Below the pieces are notes generated by a model. The model did not search any database and was not told the DNA's origin. It was given only the letters and a program-made list of their open reading frames with translations. Positions 23,295-34,608 of a DNA stretch of 41,359 nucleotides are shown in pieces (within the stretch, counting starts at the first letter, position 1; each line of letters starts with the position of its first letter). Both the position numbers and the translations under genes were made by a program. This DNA is from Macrostomum lignano (lineage: Eukaryota), in NCBI GenBank assembly GCA_002269645.1, contig NIVC01002953.1, positions 1 through 41,359 of the forward strand, written 5' to 3'.

Positions 23295-24296
23295 ATGATT
23301 GATTCTCCCAGCAAGCAGAGAAATTCTGTAACGAGCAAGAAAAAATCCCAGCCACTTGGAAAACAGAACCTAAAAGATCAGCGATGCTTTCAAATCGCGT
23401 TCGGCATAGCTGTCGACCGACTCAAAAGCCGGGTGCGAACTCCAAGCAAGGACGTTCTCCGCGTTACCCACAGCCGACGACTGAGCATCTGCCGAGACGT
23501 CAGCAGCCGCTGCGTCCGAAAATTTACTTACATTAGCAACGAAGAGGCCGTGACTAGCAGCTCGATTGCCTCTCTTGACCGTGATAGCGACACAGCATCT
23601 AGCGACTCAAAACCGAACACTCTGATCGGTAGATCCGACATCAGCAGCTGCCTTGTGCAGCAGAGCAGCTCCCAACTGCATCGCGACAGTTCAACTCACT
23701 GCTACTACATGCGTTCGGACAACGAACGGTCTCACGATACGGTCCTTGTTGCCAAGCAGAGTCTACCGGCGCAGCCAACAGTTTCAGATAACAACAGCAA
23801 CGACAACAACGATCAGGAAGAGCAGCAGCAGCAGCAGCAGCAGCAGAACTACCTATGCTCCGCAGAAACTGCCACTCGTAGCAGCAGCAACGGCCGCAGC
23901 CGTGGCAGCACTTTTCGCCTCAAGCTCGACCGTCAGCAACTCGCTCGGGCGCTGGGCCCAGCAGCTACCGAGGCCGACGCTTCGTCAGCAACTGTCGACT
24001 TTCCGAGTGAGCTTCTGGTTGACGTCAACTGCTCCAGCAGCTGTCGAGTGTCGGCGGTGTCTCTACGACAGAATGACTCGCAGCAGTGCGTTCTGTCACT
24101 CACTGTTGTGGAAGCTTCGTCCACCGGCGGCAGCAGAAGTCGTCGAGAAGCTGACTCTGAGAGACTGTCAGAGACTGCTCGTTCCCGAGGCACTGCCCAG
24201 ACAGGCAAAACTGCCAAAATGACGGCGGGAGACTTGGTTAATGACGACGCCAGCACATTGTCTGGTGGCTTCGGTGACGCCGCAACGCGGCATTGA
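23295..24296 (+). CDS. Intronless 333-aa Ser-rich protein with poly-Q; function unknown
   Basis: Long non-repetitive ATG-initiated ORF with the same CAG/AGC-rich style as the Cdx exons and AT-rich flanks. No domain recognised. Confidence 0.55.
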   Translation: MIDSPSKQRNSVTSKKKSQPLGKQNLKDQRCFQIAFGIAVDRLKSRVRTPSKDVLRVTHSRRLSICRDVSSRCVRKFTYISNEEAVTSSSIASLDRDSDTASSDSKPNTLIGRSDISSCLVQQSSSQLHRDSSTHCYYMRSDNERSHDTVLVAKQSLPAQPTVSDNNSNDNNDQEEQQQQQQQQNYLCSAETATRSSSNGRSRGSTFRLKLDRQQLARALGPAATEADASSATVDFPSELLVDVNCSSSCRVSAVSLRQNDSQQCVLSLTVVEASSTGGSRSRREADSERLSETARSRGTAQTGKTAKMTAGDLVNDDASTLSGGFGDAATRH

Positions 24297-24769
24297 GGCG
24301 TTATAACAAAATTTTGCTCGAAAAAATCACTTGTCGTGAAGCTTATACGCATTGGTTTAACACCTCGTAACTTTCTTACTGATTCATTCATTGCTCAACG
24401 CAAAAAATATTGAGCTTGAAGTTAATTTGTGTCAAAAAAATTTTTTCTATTTACTCGTACATTTAGTTTTTGCATCTAAATTGTACTCTCCGAAACGAAG
24501 AATAAAATGTGGCCCAACTTAAAGTCCAACATTCGGTATTGCTTCGATGGGATTAATTATAAGCTACCTTGGTTTAATAAAAGTACACCCACTATTTGGC
24601 TTATTTAACGGCTCTCTCTTCTATTCATGTGTTTGCCAGTACTATAATGTCGAATTAATATCTATTTGTTATCAATTTTCAGTGCCTGATTTTGTCCAGT
24701 ACAGCTTGAGAATAATCTGTCAGTCAGTTGCGAACAGAATACAACAGCAACTGCCAACAGTAACGTCTG

Positions 24770-25305
<536 letters not shown>

Positions 25306-25401
25306 CAACAGCTGTTTGTCAACAAGTCAACAGCTGCCGATTCGAAATATCTGGTCAGCGGGCTGCCACCCCATCTCCCTTATCCCCATGGGGCCCACAG
25401 A

Positions 25402-25604
25402 TTATCTGCAAAGATTTCGCAGCAGAGACGGCAGAGCCTGGTGGTTGGATGTTTTGATAGAATTTTCCCGCGCAACCATCAGTTTCAGCCTCTCTTTACG
25501 AGTTAAGTCTTCTTCCTGTCTGCTCCAACTCCTGCTCAAAGCACGGTTCGTGCCGGCGCCAATAAAAACACGAACGAACTCATCCGTAGCGTGATTGCCA
25601 TTGC
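25402..25604 (-). other. Possible terminal coding exon (about 67 aa) of an unidentified gene
   Basis: TTGCAG acceptor, then an open frame NGNHATDEFVRVFIGAG...LLRNLCR ending in TAA. No intact upstream exon was found. Confidence 0.25.
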
Positions 25605-26039
25605 CTGCAATGTGAGTAAGTAGCGCATGATAAAATTAAGACAACCCCAGCCAGGATGCAACCAGTAGTATCTTTTGCTGGGCCTGCTCTTCTCTTACTA
25701 ATATTAATAACTGCAAGGATGCCGGATGCACGCACTATTATAGATGTATGGGGTCATGCAAACGCTAGCTTGGCTCGTTTCTTTGGTTTCCCTTCGGGCC
25801 TCAACTCGGATTCCACATCCTGTTTGTCTTGCTTCTTTGACCGAGATCGTGATCAGTCATTTGTCTGTCGTTTTGGTTTAAGGTTAACTCTTCGTCGAAA
25901 TGCACTTACTTAGATTGTTCATGTTCGGAATTACCGTGTATGATTAGACACAAATGGTTATCGACAAATGAGTGGTTTTTTGAAAAAATAATTAATTTTT
26001 ATCAAGATTAGAGGCAATTATTATCAGGATTCGATACAA

Positions 26040-29000
26040 CGATCAGGATTAGTCACAAATACCATCAGGATTAATCTCTATCAGAGTTAGACATAATGAT
26101 TATCGGGTTTAGTCACAATGATTATCGGGATTAAGTAGACACAAAGATTATTAGGGTTAGACACAATTTTTGGGATTAGTCACAATGATTATCGCGATTA
26201 GTCACAATGGTTATCGGGATTAGTCACAATGGTTATCGGGATTAGACACAATGGTTATCGGGATTAGTCACAATGGTTATCGGGATTAGACACTATGGTT
26301 ATCGGGATTAGTCACAATGGTTATCGGGATTAGTCACAATGGTTATCGGGATTAGTCACAATGGTTAGCGGGATTAGACACAATGGTTATCGGGATTAGT
26401 CACAATGGTTATCGTGATTAGACACAATGGTTATCGGGATTAGACACAATGGTTATCGGGATTAGACACAATGGTTATCGGGATTAGACACAATGGTTAT
26501 CGGGATTAGACACAATGGTTATCGGGATTAGACACTATGATTATCGGGTTTAGTCACAATGATTATCGTGATTAAGTAGACACAAAGATTATTAGGGTTA
26601 GACACAATTTTTGGGATTAGTCACAATGATTATCGCGATTAGTCACAATGGTTATCGGGATTAGTCACAATGGTTATCGGGATTAGTCACAATGGTTAGC
26701 GGGATTAGACACAATGGTTATCGGGATTAGTCACAATGGTTATCGGGATTAGACACTATTGTTATCGGGATTTAGACACTATGGTTATCGGGATTAGACA
26801 CAATGGTTATCGGGATTAGACACTATGGTTATCGGGATTAGACACAATGGTTATCGGGATTAGACACTATGGTTATCGGGATTAGACACAATGGTTATCG
26901 GGATTAGACACTATGGTTATCGGGATTTAGACACTATGGTTATCGGGATTAGTCACAATGGTTATCGGGATTAGACACTATTGTTATCGGGATTTAGACA
27001 CTATGGTTATCGTGATTAGACACAATGGTTATCGGGATTAGACACAATGGTTATCGTGATTAGACACAATGGTTATCGGGATTAGACACAATGGTTATCG
27101 GGATTAGACACAATGGTTATCGGGATTAGACACAATGGTTATCGGGATTAGACACAATGGTTATCGGGATTAGACACAATGGTTATCGGGATTAGACACA
27201 ATGGTTATCGGGATTAGACACAATGGTTATCGGGATTAGTCACTATGGTTATCGGGATTAGACACTATGGTTATCGGGATTAGACACAATGGTTATCGGG
27301 ATTAGACACAATGGTTATCGGGATTAGACACAATGGTTATCGGGATTAGACACTATGGTTATCGGGATTAGACACAATGGTTATCGGGATTAGACACAAT
27401 GGTTATCGGGATTAGACACAATGGTTATCGGGATTAGACACAATGGTTATCGGGATTAGACACTATGGTTATCGGGATTAGACACTATGGTTATCGGGAT
27501 TAGACACAATGGTTATCGGGATTAGACACAATGGTTATCGGGATTAGACACAATGGTTATCGGGATTAGACACTATGGTTATCGGGATTAGACACAATGG
27601 TTATCGGGATTAGACACTATGGTTATCGGGATTAGACACTATGGTTATCGGGATTAGACACAATGGTTATCGTGATTAGACACAATGGTTATCGGGATTA
27701 GACACAATGGTTATCGGGATTAGACACAATGGTTATCGGGATTAGACACAATGGTTATCGGGATTAGACACAATGGTTATCGGGATTAGACACAATGGTT
27801 ATCGGGATTAGACACAATGGTTATCGGGATTAGACACAATGGTTATCGGGATTAGACACAATGGTTATCGGGATTAGTCACTATGGTTATCGGGATTAGA
27901 CACAATGGTTATCGGGATTAGACACTATGGTTATCGGGATTAGACACAATGGTTATCGGGATTTAGACACTATGGTTATCGGGATTAGACACAATGGTTA
28001 TCGGGATTAGACACAATGGTTATCGGGATTAGACACTATGGTTATCGGGATTAGTCACAATGGTTATCGGGATTAGACACAATGGTTATCGGGATTAGAC
28101 ACAATGGTTATCGGGATTAGACACTATGGTTATCGGGATTAGACACAATGGTTATCGGGATTAGACACTATGGTTATCGGGATTAGACACTATGGTTATC
28201 GGGATTAGACACAATGGTTATCGGGATTAGACACAATGGTTATCGGGATTAGACACAATGGTTATCGGGATTAGACACAATGGTTATCGGGATTAGACAC
28301 TATGGTTATCGGGATTAGACACAATGGTTATCGGGATTTAGACACTATGGTTATCGGGATTAGACACAATGGTTATCGGGATTAGACACAATGGTTATCG
28401 GGATTAGACACTATGGTTATCGGGATTAGTCACAATGGTTATCGGGATTAGACACTATGGTTATCGGGATTAGACACAATGGTTATCGGGATTAGACACT
28501 ATGGTTATCGGGATTAGACACAATGGTTATCGGGATTAGACACAATGGTTATCGGGATTAGACACAATGGTTATCGGGATTAGACACAATGGTTATCGGG
28601 ATTAGACACTATGGTTATCGGGATTAGACACAATGGTTATCGGGATTAGACACTATGGTTATCGGGATTAGACACTATGGTTATCGGGATTAGACACAAT
28701 GGTTATCGGGATTAGACACAATGGTTATCGGGATTAGACACAATGGTTATCGGGATTAGACACTATGGTTATCTGGATTAGACACAATGGTTATCGGGAT
28801 TAGACACAATGGTTATCGGGATTAGACACTATGGTTATCGGGATTAGACACAATGGTTATCGGGATTAGACACAATGGTTATCGGGATTAGACACAATGG
28901 TTATCGGGATTAGACACTATGGTTATCGGGATTAGACACAATGGTTATCGGGATTAGACACAATGGTTATCGGGATTAGACACTATGGTTATCGGGATTA

Positions 29001-31150
29001 GACACAATGGTTATCGGGATTAGACACTATGGTTATCGGGATTAGACACAATGGTTATCGGGATTAGACACTATGGTTATCGGGATTAGACACAATGGTT
29101 ATCGGGATTAGACACTATGGTTATCGGGATTAGACACTATGGTTATCGGGATTAGACACAATGGTTATCGGGATTAGACACAATGGTTATCGGGATTAGA
29201 CACAATGGTTATCGGGATTAGACACTATGGTTATCGGGATTAGACACAATGGTTATCGGGATTAGACACAATGGTTATCGGGATTAGACACTATGGTTAT
29301 CGGGATTAGACACAATGGTTATCGGGATTAGACACAATGGTTATCGGGATTAGACACAATGGTTATCGGGATTAGACACTATGGTTATCGGATTAGACAC
29401 AATGGTTATCGGGATTAGACACAATGGTTATCGGGATTAGACACTATGGTTATCGGGATTAGTCACAATGGTTATCGGGATTAGACACTATGGTTATCGG
29501 GATTAGACACAATGGTTATCGGGATTAGACACTATGGTTATCGGGATTAGACACAATGGTTATCGGGATTAGTCACAATGATTATCAGGATTAGTCACAA
29601 TGATTATCGGGATTTATAGTCACTATGGTTATCGGGATTAGTCACAATGGTTATCGGGATTAGTCACAATGATTATCAGGATTAGTCACAATGATTATCA
29701 GGATTAGTCACAATGATTATCGGGATTTATAGTCACTATGGTTATCGGGATTAGTCACAATGGTTATCGGGATTAGTCACAATGATTATCAGGATTAGTC
29801 ACAATGATTATCGGGATTAGTCACAATGATTATCAGGATTAGTCACAATGATTATCAGGATTAGTCACAATGATTATCAGGATTAGTCACAATGGTTATC
29901 GGGATTAGACACAATGGTTATCGGGATTAGACACAATGGTTATCGGGATTAGACACAATGGTTATCGGGATTAGACACAATGGTTATCGGGATTAGACAC
30001 TATGGTTATCGGGATTAGACACTATGGTTATCGGGATTAGTCACAATGGTTATCGGGATTAGACACAATGGTTATCGGGATTAGACACAATGGTTATCGG
30101 GATTAGACACAATGGTTATCGGGATTAGACACAATGGTTATCGGGATTAGACACAATGGTTATCGGGATTAGACACAATGGTTATCGGATTAGACACAAT
30201 GGTTATCGGGATTAGACACAATGGTTATCGGGATTAGACACAATGGTTATCGGGATTAGACACAATGGTTATCGGGATTAGACACAATGGTTATCGGGAT
30301 TAGACACAATGGTTATCGGGATTAGACACAATGGTTATCGGGATTAGACACTATGGTTATCGGGATTTAGACACTATTGTTATCGGGATTAGACACAATG
30401 GTTATCGGGATTAGACACAATGGTTATCGGGATTAGACACTATGGTTATCGGGATTTAGACACTATTGTTATCGGGATTAGTCACAATGATTATCAGGAT
30501 TAGTCACAATGATTATCAGGATTAGTCACAATGGTTATCGGGATTAGACACAATGGTTATCGGGATTAGACACAATGGTTATCGGGATTAGACACTATGG
30601 TTATCGGGATTTAGACACTATTGTTATCGGGATTAGACACAATGGTTATCGGGATTAGACACAATGGTTATCGGGATTAGACACTATGGTTATCGGGATT
30701 TAGACACTATTGTTATCGGGATTAGTCACAATGATTATCAGGATTAGTCACAATGATTATCAGGATTAGTCACAATGATTATCAGGATTAGTCACAATGA
30801 TTATCGGGATTTATAGTCACTATGGTTATCGGGATTAGTCACAATGGTTATCGGGATTAGTCACAATGATTATCAGGATTAGTCACAATGATTATCAGGA
30901 TTAGTCACAATGATTATCGGGATTTATAGTCACTATGGTTATCGGGATTAGTCACAATGGTTATCGGGATTAGTCACAATGATTATCAGGATTAGTCACA
31001 ATGATTATCGGGATTAGTCACAATGATTATCAGGATTAGTCACAATGATTATCAGGATTAGTCACAATGATTATCAGGATTAGTCACAATGGTTATCGGG
31101 ATTAGTCACAATGGTTATCGGGATTAGTCACAATGGTTATCGGGAATAGT
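26040..31150. repeat. 5.1-kb 22-bp satellite GACAC(A/T)ATGGTTATCGGGATTA
   Basis: About 230 head-to-tail copies with no spacers. The edge units are GTCACAATGATTATCAGGATTA variants. Confidence 0.98.
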
Positions 31151-31409
31151 CAAAAGTTACTGGGCTTTATTCGTCCGGTTGATTTGATTGGATGCCTTTT
31201 CTTCAGCCCATTTACATGTAGATATACCCAGCTGTGTTCAGTAAGTTACTTCAGTAGCCACGGCACACACAACTGGAACAGACGCTAACAACAAGGAAAT
31301 CGGTGAGATATTCAATACTTTTTGGTTTGAAAAAACTGTTAGCAGTTTTTTATAATTGTCATAATTAATCTGACTGATTCTCTCGATAAAATCAGTTTTA
31401 ATTAGTTTA

Positions 31410-32398
31410 GCACTTCTGACACACAGTTTAGTGCTTCTGACACAGTTTAGTGCTTCTGACACACAGTTTAGTGCTTCTGACACACAGTTTACTGCTTCTG
31501 ACACACAGTTTAGTGCTTCTGACACACACAGTTTAGTGCTTCTGACACACAGTTTAGTGCTTCTGACACACAGTTTAGTGCTTCTGACCCACACAGTTTA
31601 GTGCTTCTGACACACAGTTTACTGCTTCTGACACACAGTTTACTGCTTCTGACACACAGTTTAGTGCTTCTGACACACAGTTTAGTGCTTCTGACACACA
31701 GTTTACTGCTTCTGACACACAGTTTAGTGCTTCTGACACACACAGTTTAGTGCTTCTGACACACAGTTTACTGCTTCTGACACACAGTTTAGTGCTTCTG
31801 ACACACACAGTTTAGTGCTTCTGACACACAGTTTACTGCTTCTGACACACAGTTTACTGCTTCTGACACACACAGTTTAGTGCTTCTTACACACAGTTTA
31901 GTGCTTCTGACACACAGTTTACTGCTTCTGACACACAGTTTAGTGCTTCTGACACACAGTTTAGTGCTTCTGACACACACAGTTTAGTGCTTCTGACACA
32001 CAGTTTAGTGCTTCTGACACAGTTTAGTGCTTCTGACACACAGTTTAGTGCTTCTGACACACAGTTTAGTGCTTCTGACACACAGTTTAGTGCTTCTGAC
32101 ACACACAGTTTAGTGCTTCTGACACACAGTTTACTGCTTCTGACACACAGTTTACTGCTTCTGACACACACAGTTTACTGCTTCTGACACACAGTTTACT
32201 GCTTCTGACACACAGTTTAGTGCTTCTGACACACAGTTTAGTGCTTCTGACACACAGTTTAGTGCTTCTGACCCACACAGTTTAGTGCTTCTGACACACA
32301 GTTTACTGCTTCTGACACACAGTTTACTGCTTCTGACACACAGTTTACTGCTTCTGACACACAGTTTACTGCTTCTGACACACAGTTTAGTGCTTCTG
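31410..32398. repeat. 21-bp minisatellite CTGACACACAGTTTA(G/C)TGCTT with 19- and 23-bp CA-length variants
   Basis: About 46 copies. The array ends abruptly at the AGTAGT start of the Polinton-like element. Confidence 0.96.
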
Positions 32399-32670
32399 AG
32401 TAGTATATAAAAAGACGCTTCTAGACCCAGAGCACTTTTTTAATGACCGTTTTAAGGGTCTAGAGGGGGGACACGGGGGGTAAATAAAAAAAACACATCT
32501 AAACACCATTAATACATCTAATCACCCATAATCACCCCTAACAATAAAAATCACTTCCAAACACTTCCAAACACTCCCCAACACCCCCCTCGCGTCCCCC
32601 CTCTTAAGACCTTACAAACGGTCATTAAAATAAGGTCTGATCTAGAAGCGTCTTTTTATATACTACTACT
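32399..32670. repeat. 272-bp terminal quasi-palindrome (inverted arms of about 82-88 bp around a G-free loop)
   Basis: AGTAGTATATAAAAAGACGCTTCTAGA (32399-32425) is perfectly complementary to TCTAGAAGCGTCTTTTTATATACTACT (32641-32667). The inner arms pair imperfectly. Confidence 0.93.
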
Positions 32671-32752
32671 CTATAACCCCTTGCCCGCGCCGCAGGCGCG
32701 AAGGGTCGGAAAGAATAGAAGCTATTTATAGTCAGCTCACCTACCCACCCAA

Positions 32753-32850
32753 CATTCCATTTAGACCAGATTTTAGACCAAACAAAACTAGACTATCGTT
32801 TTGGTTTTCGTTTTCAAAAATTTGGTCTAAAATCTGGTCTAAATGGAATG
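32753..32850. repeat. Perfect 30-bp inverted repeat with a 38-nt loop upstream of the first viral ORF
   Basis: CATTCCATTTAGACCAGATTTTAGACCAAA (32753-32782) pairs with TTTGGTCTAAAATCTGGTCTAAATGGAATG (32821-32850). Confidence 0.95.
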
Positions 32851-32888
32851 CAGACAATCTTTTTCTGTTACTAAAAATAGAACAAAAA

Positions 32889-33287
32889 ATGACACACGTT
32901 ACACATATGCAAAATCTGAATGAATTGCAGGTAGGAGACCCAGTTGAATACCGAGGTGAGGGGCTTTTTGATGTGGTTGGAACAGCAGCAAATTTTGTTA
33001 AAGACAATATGGGGCTTATAGGGCAAGCTGGCTCTGCAGCAGGCTCTATAACAAATGCTGTAAAAGGAGGAATTGAAGCAGCTAGAGCGGCAGAAGAACT
33101 AAAGAAATTGAGAGATTTTAACGACACCCTCTCACAAATAAATGCAATAAAAGATTTAAAGCTGGCACAAGCCGCACAACCAACAGAAACCCCCACGAAA
33201 AGCGCACCAATAAGTAATAAAGATATTCAGGATTTTAATAAAATGTTAAATACTATTAAAGGTGGAAAAGGATTAAAGAAATTTTAA
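32889..33287 (+). CDS. 132-aa putative virion protein; amphipathic helix after a GxG site, reminiscent of adenovirus pVI
   Basis: RGEG-LFDVVGTAANFVKDNMGLIG, then a G/A-rich stretch and coiled coil, and a C-terminal KGGKG-LKKF. Confidence 0.55.
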   Translation: MTHVTHMQNLNELQVGDPVEYRGEGLFDVVGTAANFVKDNMGLIGQAGSAAGSITNAVKGGIEAARAAEELKKLRDFNDTLSQINAIKDLKLAQAAQPTETPTKSAPISNKDIQDFNKMLNTIKGGKGLKKF

Positions 33288-33297
33288 CAATATAAAA

Positions 33298-34283
33298 ATG
33301 GACACAGATAACGACCGCTTATATTTTATAGGAGAAATTGTAGATACTTTAGATCTAGATGATAATAAACATAGCCACACAATGTTAAAAAGATTGGATC
33401 GATTAGGTAAAAAGTTTGACTACGACATCGATACATTTAAACTCGCAGCAAAATATGCACAAGAAGGAAGGCCAATATCCTTTAAGAATCGCGGCAGAAA
33501 TTATAGGTTGACAGACTCCGATGTGAAATTTTTAATGGAGACTCACACTAAAAAGGACGGCGGATTACTACCCATTCTACCGCTTCTTTTAGGACTTGGT
33601 GCAGCTGGAGCAGTCGGTTTAGCCGGAAAAAGAATTCATGATAATGTAAAACAGCTAGGAGAGTTAAGAGCGAAACAGGGGGGAATCTTACCCCTTGCAG
33701 CTTTGCTCCCAATAATTTTTGCAGGAATTGGAGCAGCTGGAGGAGTTGCTGGCGGAGCAGCTGGAATTGCAAAAGCAGTAAATGACAAAAAAGCTGCGGA
33801 CGAAAAAGCTAAAAGAGAGGCCGAATTTCAAAGACAGCAAATAACGCAGGACGCACAATTTAAACAAAAACTTATCGATACAATTAATAGTAGTTCAGCA
33901 ACAGCTGAGCAAAAAAGAAATGCAGAAGCTAGGTTATCAGCTGGAAAAGGTTAATACTAAAAGGATCAAATCATGGCAATGGTTTACTTTTACAAGGAAC
34001 AACCCAAGGAAGTGGAGTTGTAGCAGATAAACTACATGAATTTGGTCAAACTTTAGAAAAAACGGGTGAGAAAGCTAAAGGATTTTTTGACAATATTGGA
34101 TCCAATTTTAGGCCAGCAGTTCAGAAGATTTTTACTAAGTTAGGAAAAGATTTTAATATCATTGAAAAACACGACGGAAGCGGATTATATCTCGAAATGA
34201 GACCAAAAGCAGGTTCAGGAATTTTCTTAAATTCAAACGTTATGGGCAATGGATTGCTATTACCAAAAGCAGATCTCGAATAG
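33298..34283 (+). CDS. Core-protein precursor with two adenovirus pX-like hydrophobic peptides and repeated GxG-L sites; one frameshift at about 33951
   Basis: KDGG-LLPILPLLLGLGAAGAVG and KQGG-ILPLAALLPIIFAGIGAAGGVAGG resemble pX (GG-ILPLLIPLIAAAIGA). The -1 frame from 33951 stays open to TAG at 34281 with GNG-L, GSG-V, GSG-L, GSG-I and GNG-L sites. Confidence 0.68.
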
Positions 34284-34367
34284 GCTCCTGGGGGGAGGGT
34301 CTGGACACCAAAAACACAAAATTAAAAAATCAATAATTCAAACATTATATAAATTTTATTCTATAAA

Positions 34368-34558
34368 ATGGAAGCAATTTTAGCTCAAATCGACAACCCG
34401 AACTTAGAGCACAATTAATAGCTCAAATCGATGCACAACGAATTGCCGATAGGGCTGAAATAGAAGCAAGAATTAGGGCAGAAAATGAGATACGTTTAGA
34501 AAGACAATTAAATGATATTAATAACCCCAACCACAAGGACAAAATGGAGCTGAAGTAA
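34368..34558 (+). CDS. Small coiled-coil protein of about 63 aa, one frameshift near 34400
   Basis: TATAAAATG start; reads MEAILAQIDNP/ELRAQLIAQIDAQRIADRAEIEARIRAENEIRLERQL. Confidence 0.45.
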
Positions 34559-34608
34559 TATATATAGATATAGATATAAATACAAATTATAAAGAATATT
34601 TTAAACAA

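Noticed and set aside
31238-32278. Minus-strand ORFs with SEALNCV/VRSTKLC repeats
   Set aside because: They are translations of the 21-bp minisatellite.
26040-32398. CRISPR-like array next to a viral element
   Set aside because: Both arrays are head-to-tail repeats with no unique spacers, there are no cas genes, and the context is eukaryotic.
33943-33956. Programmed -1 ribosomal frameshift in the pX-like gene
   Set aside because: There is no canonical X XXY YYZ slippery heptamer, and similar single-base losses occur throughout the element, so an indel or sequencing error is simpler.
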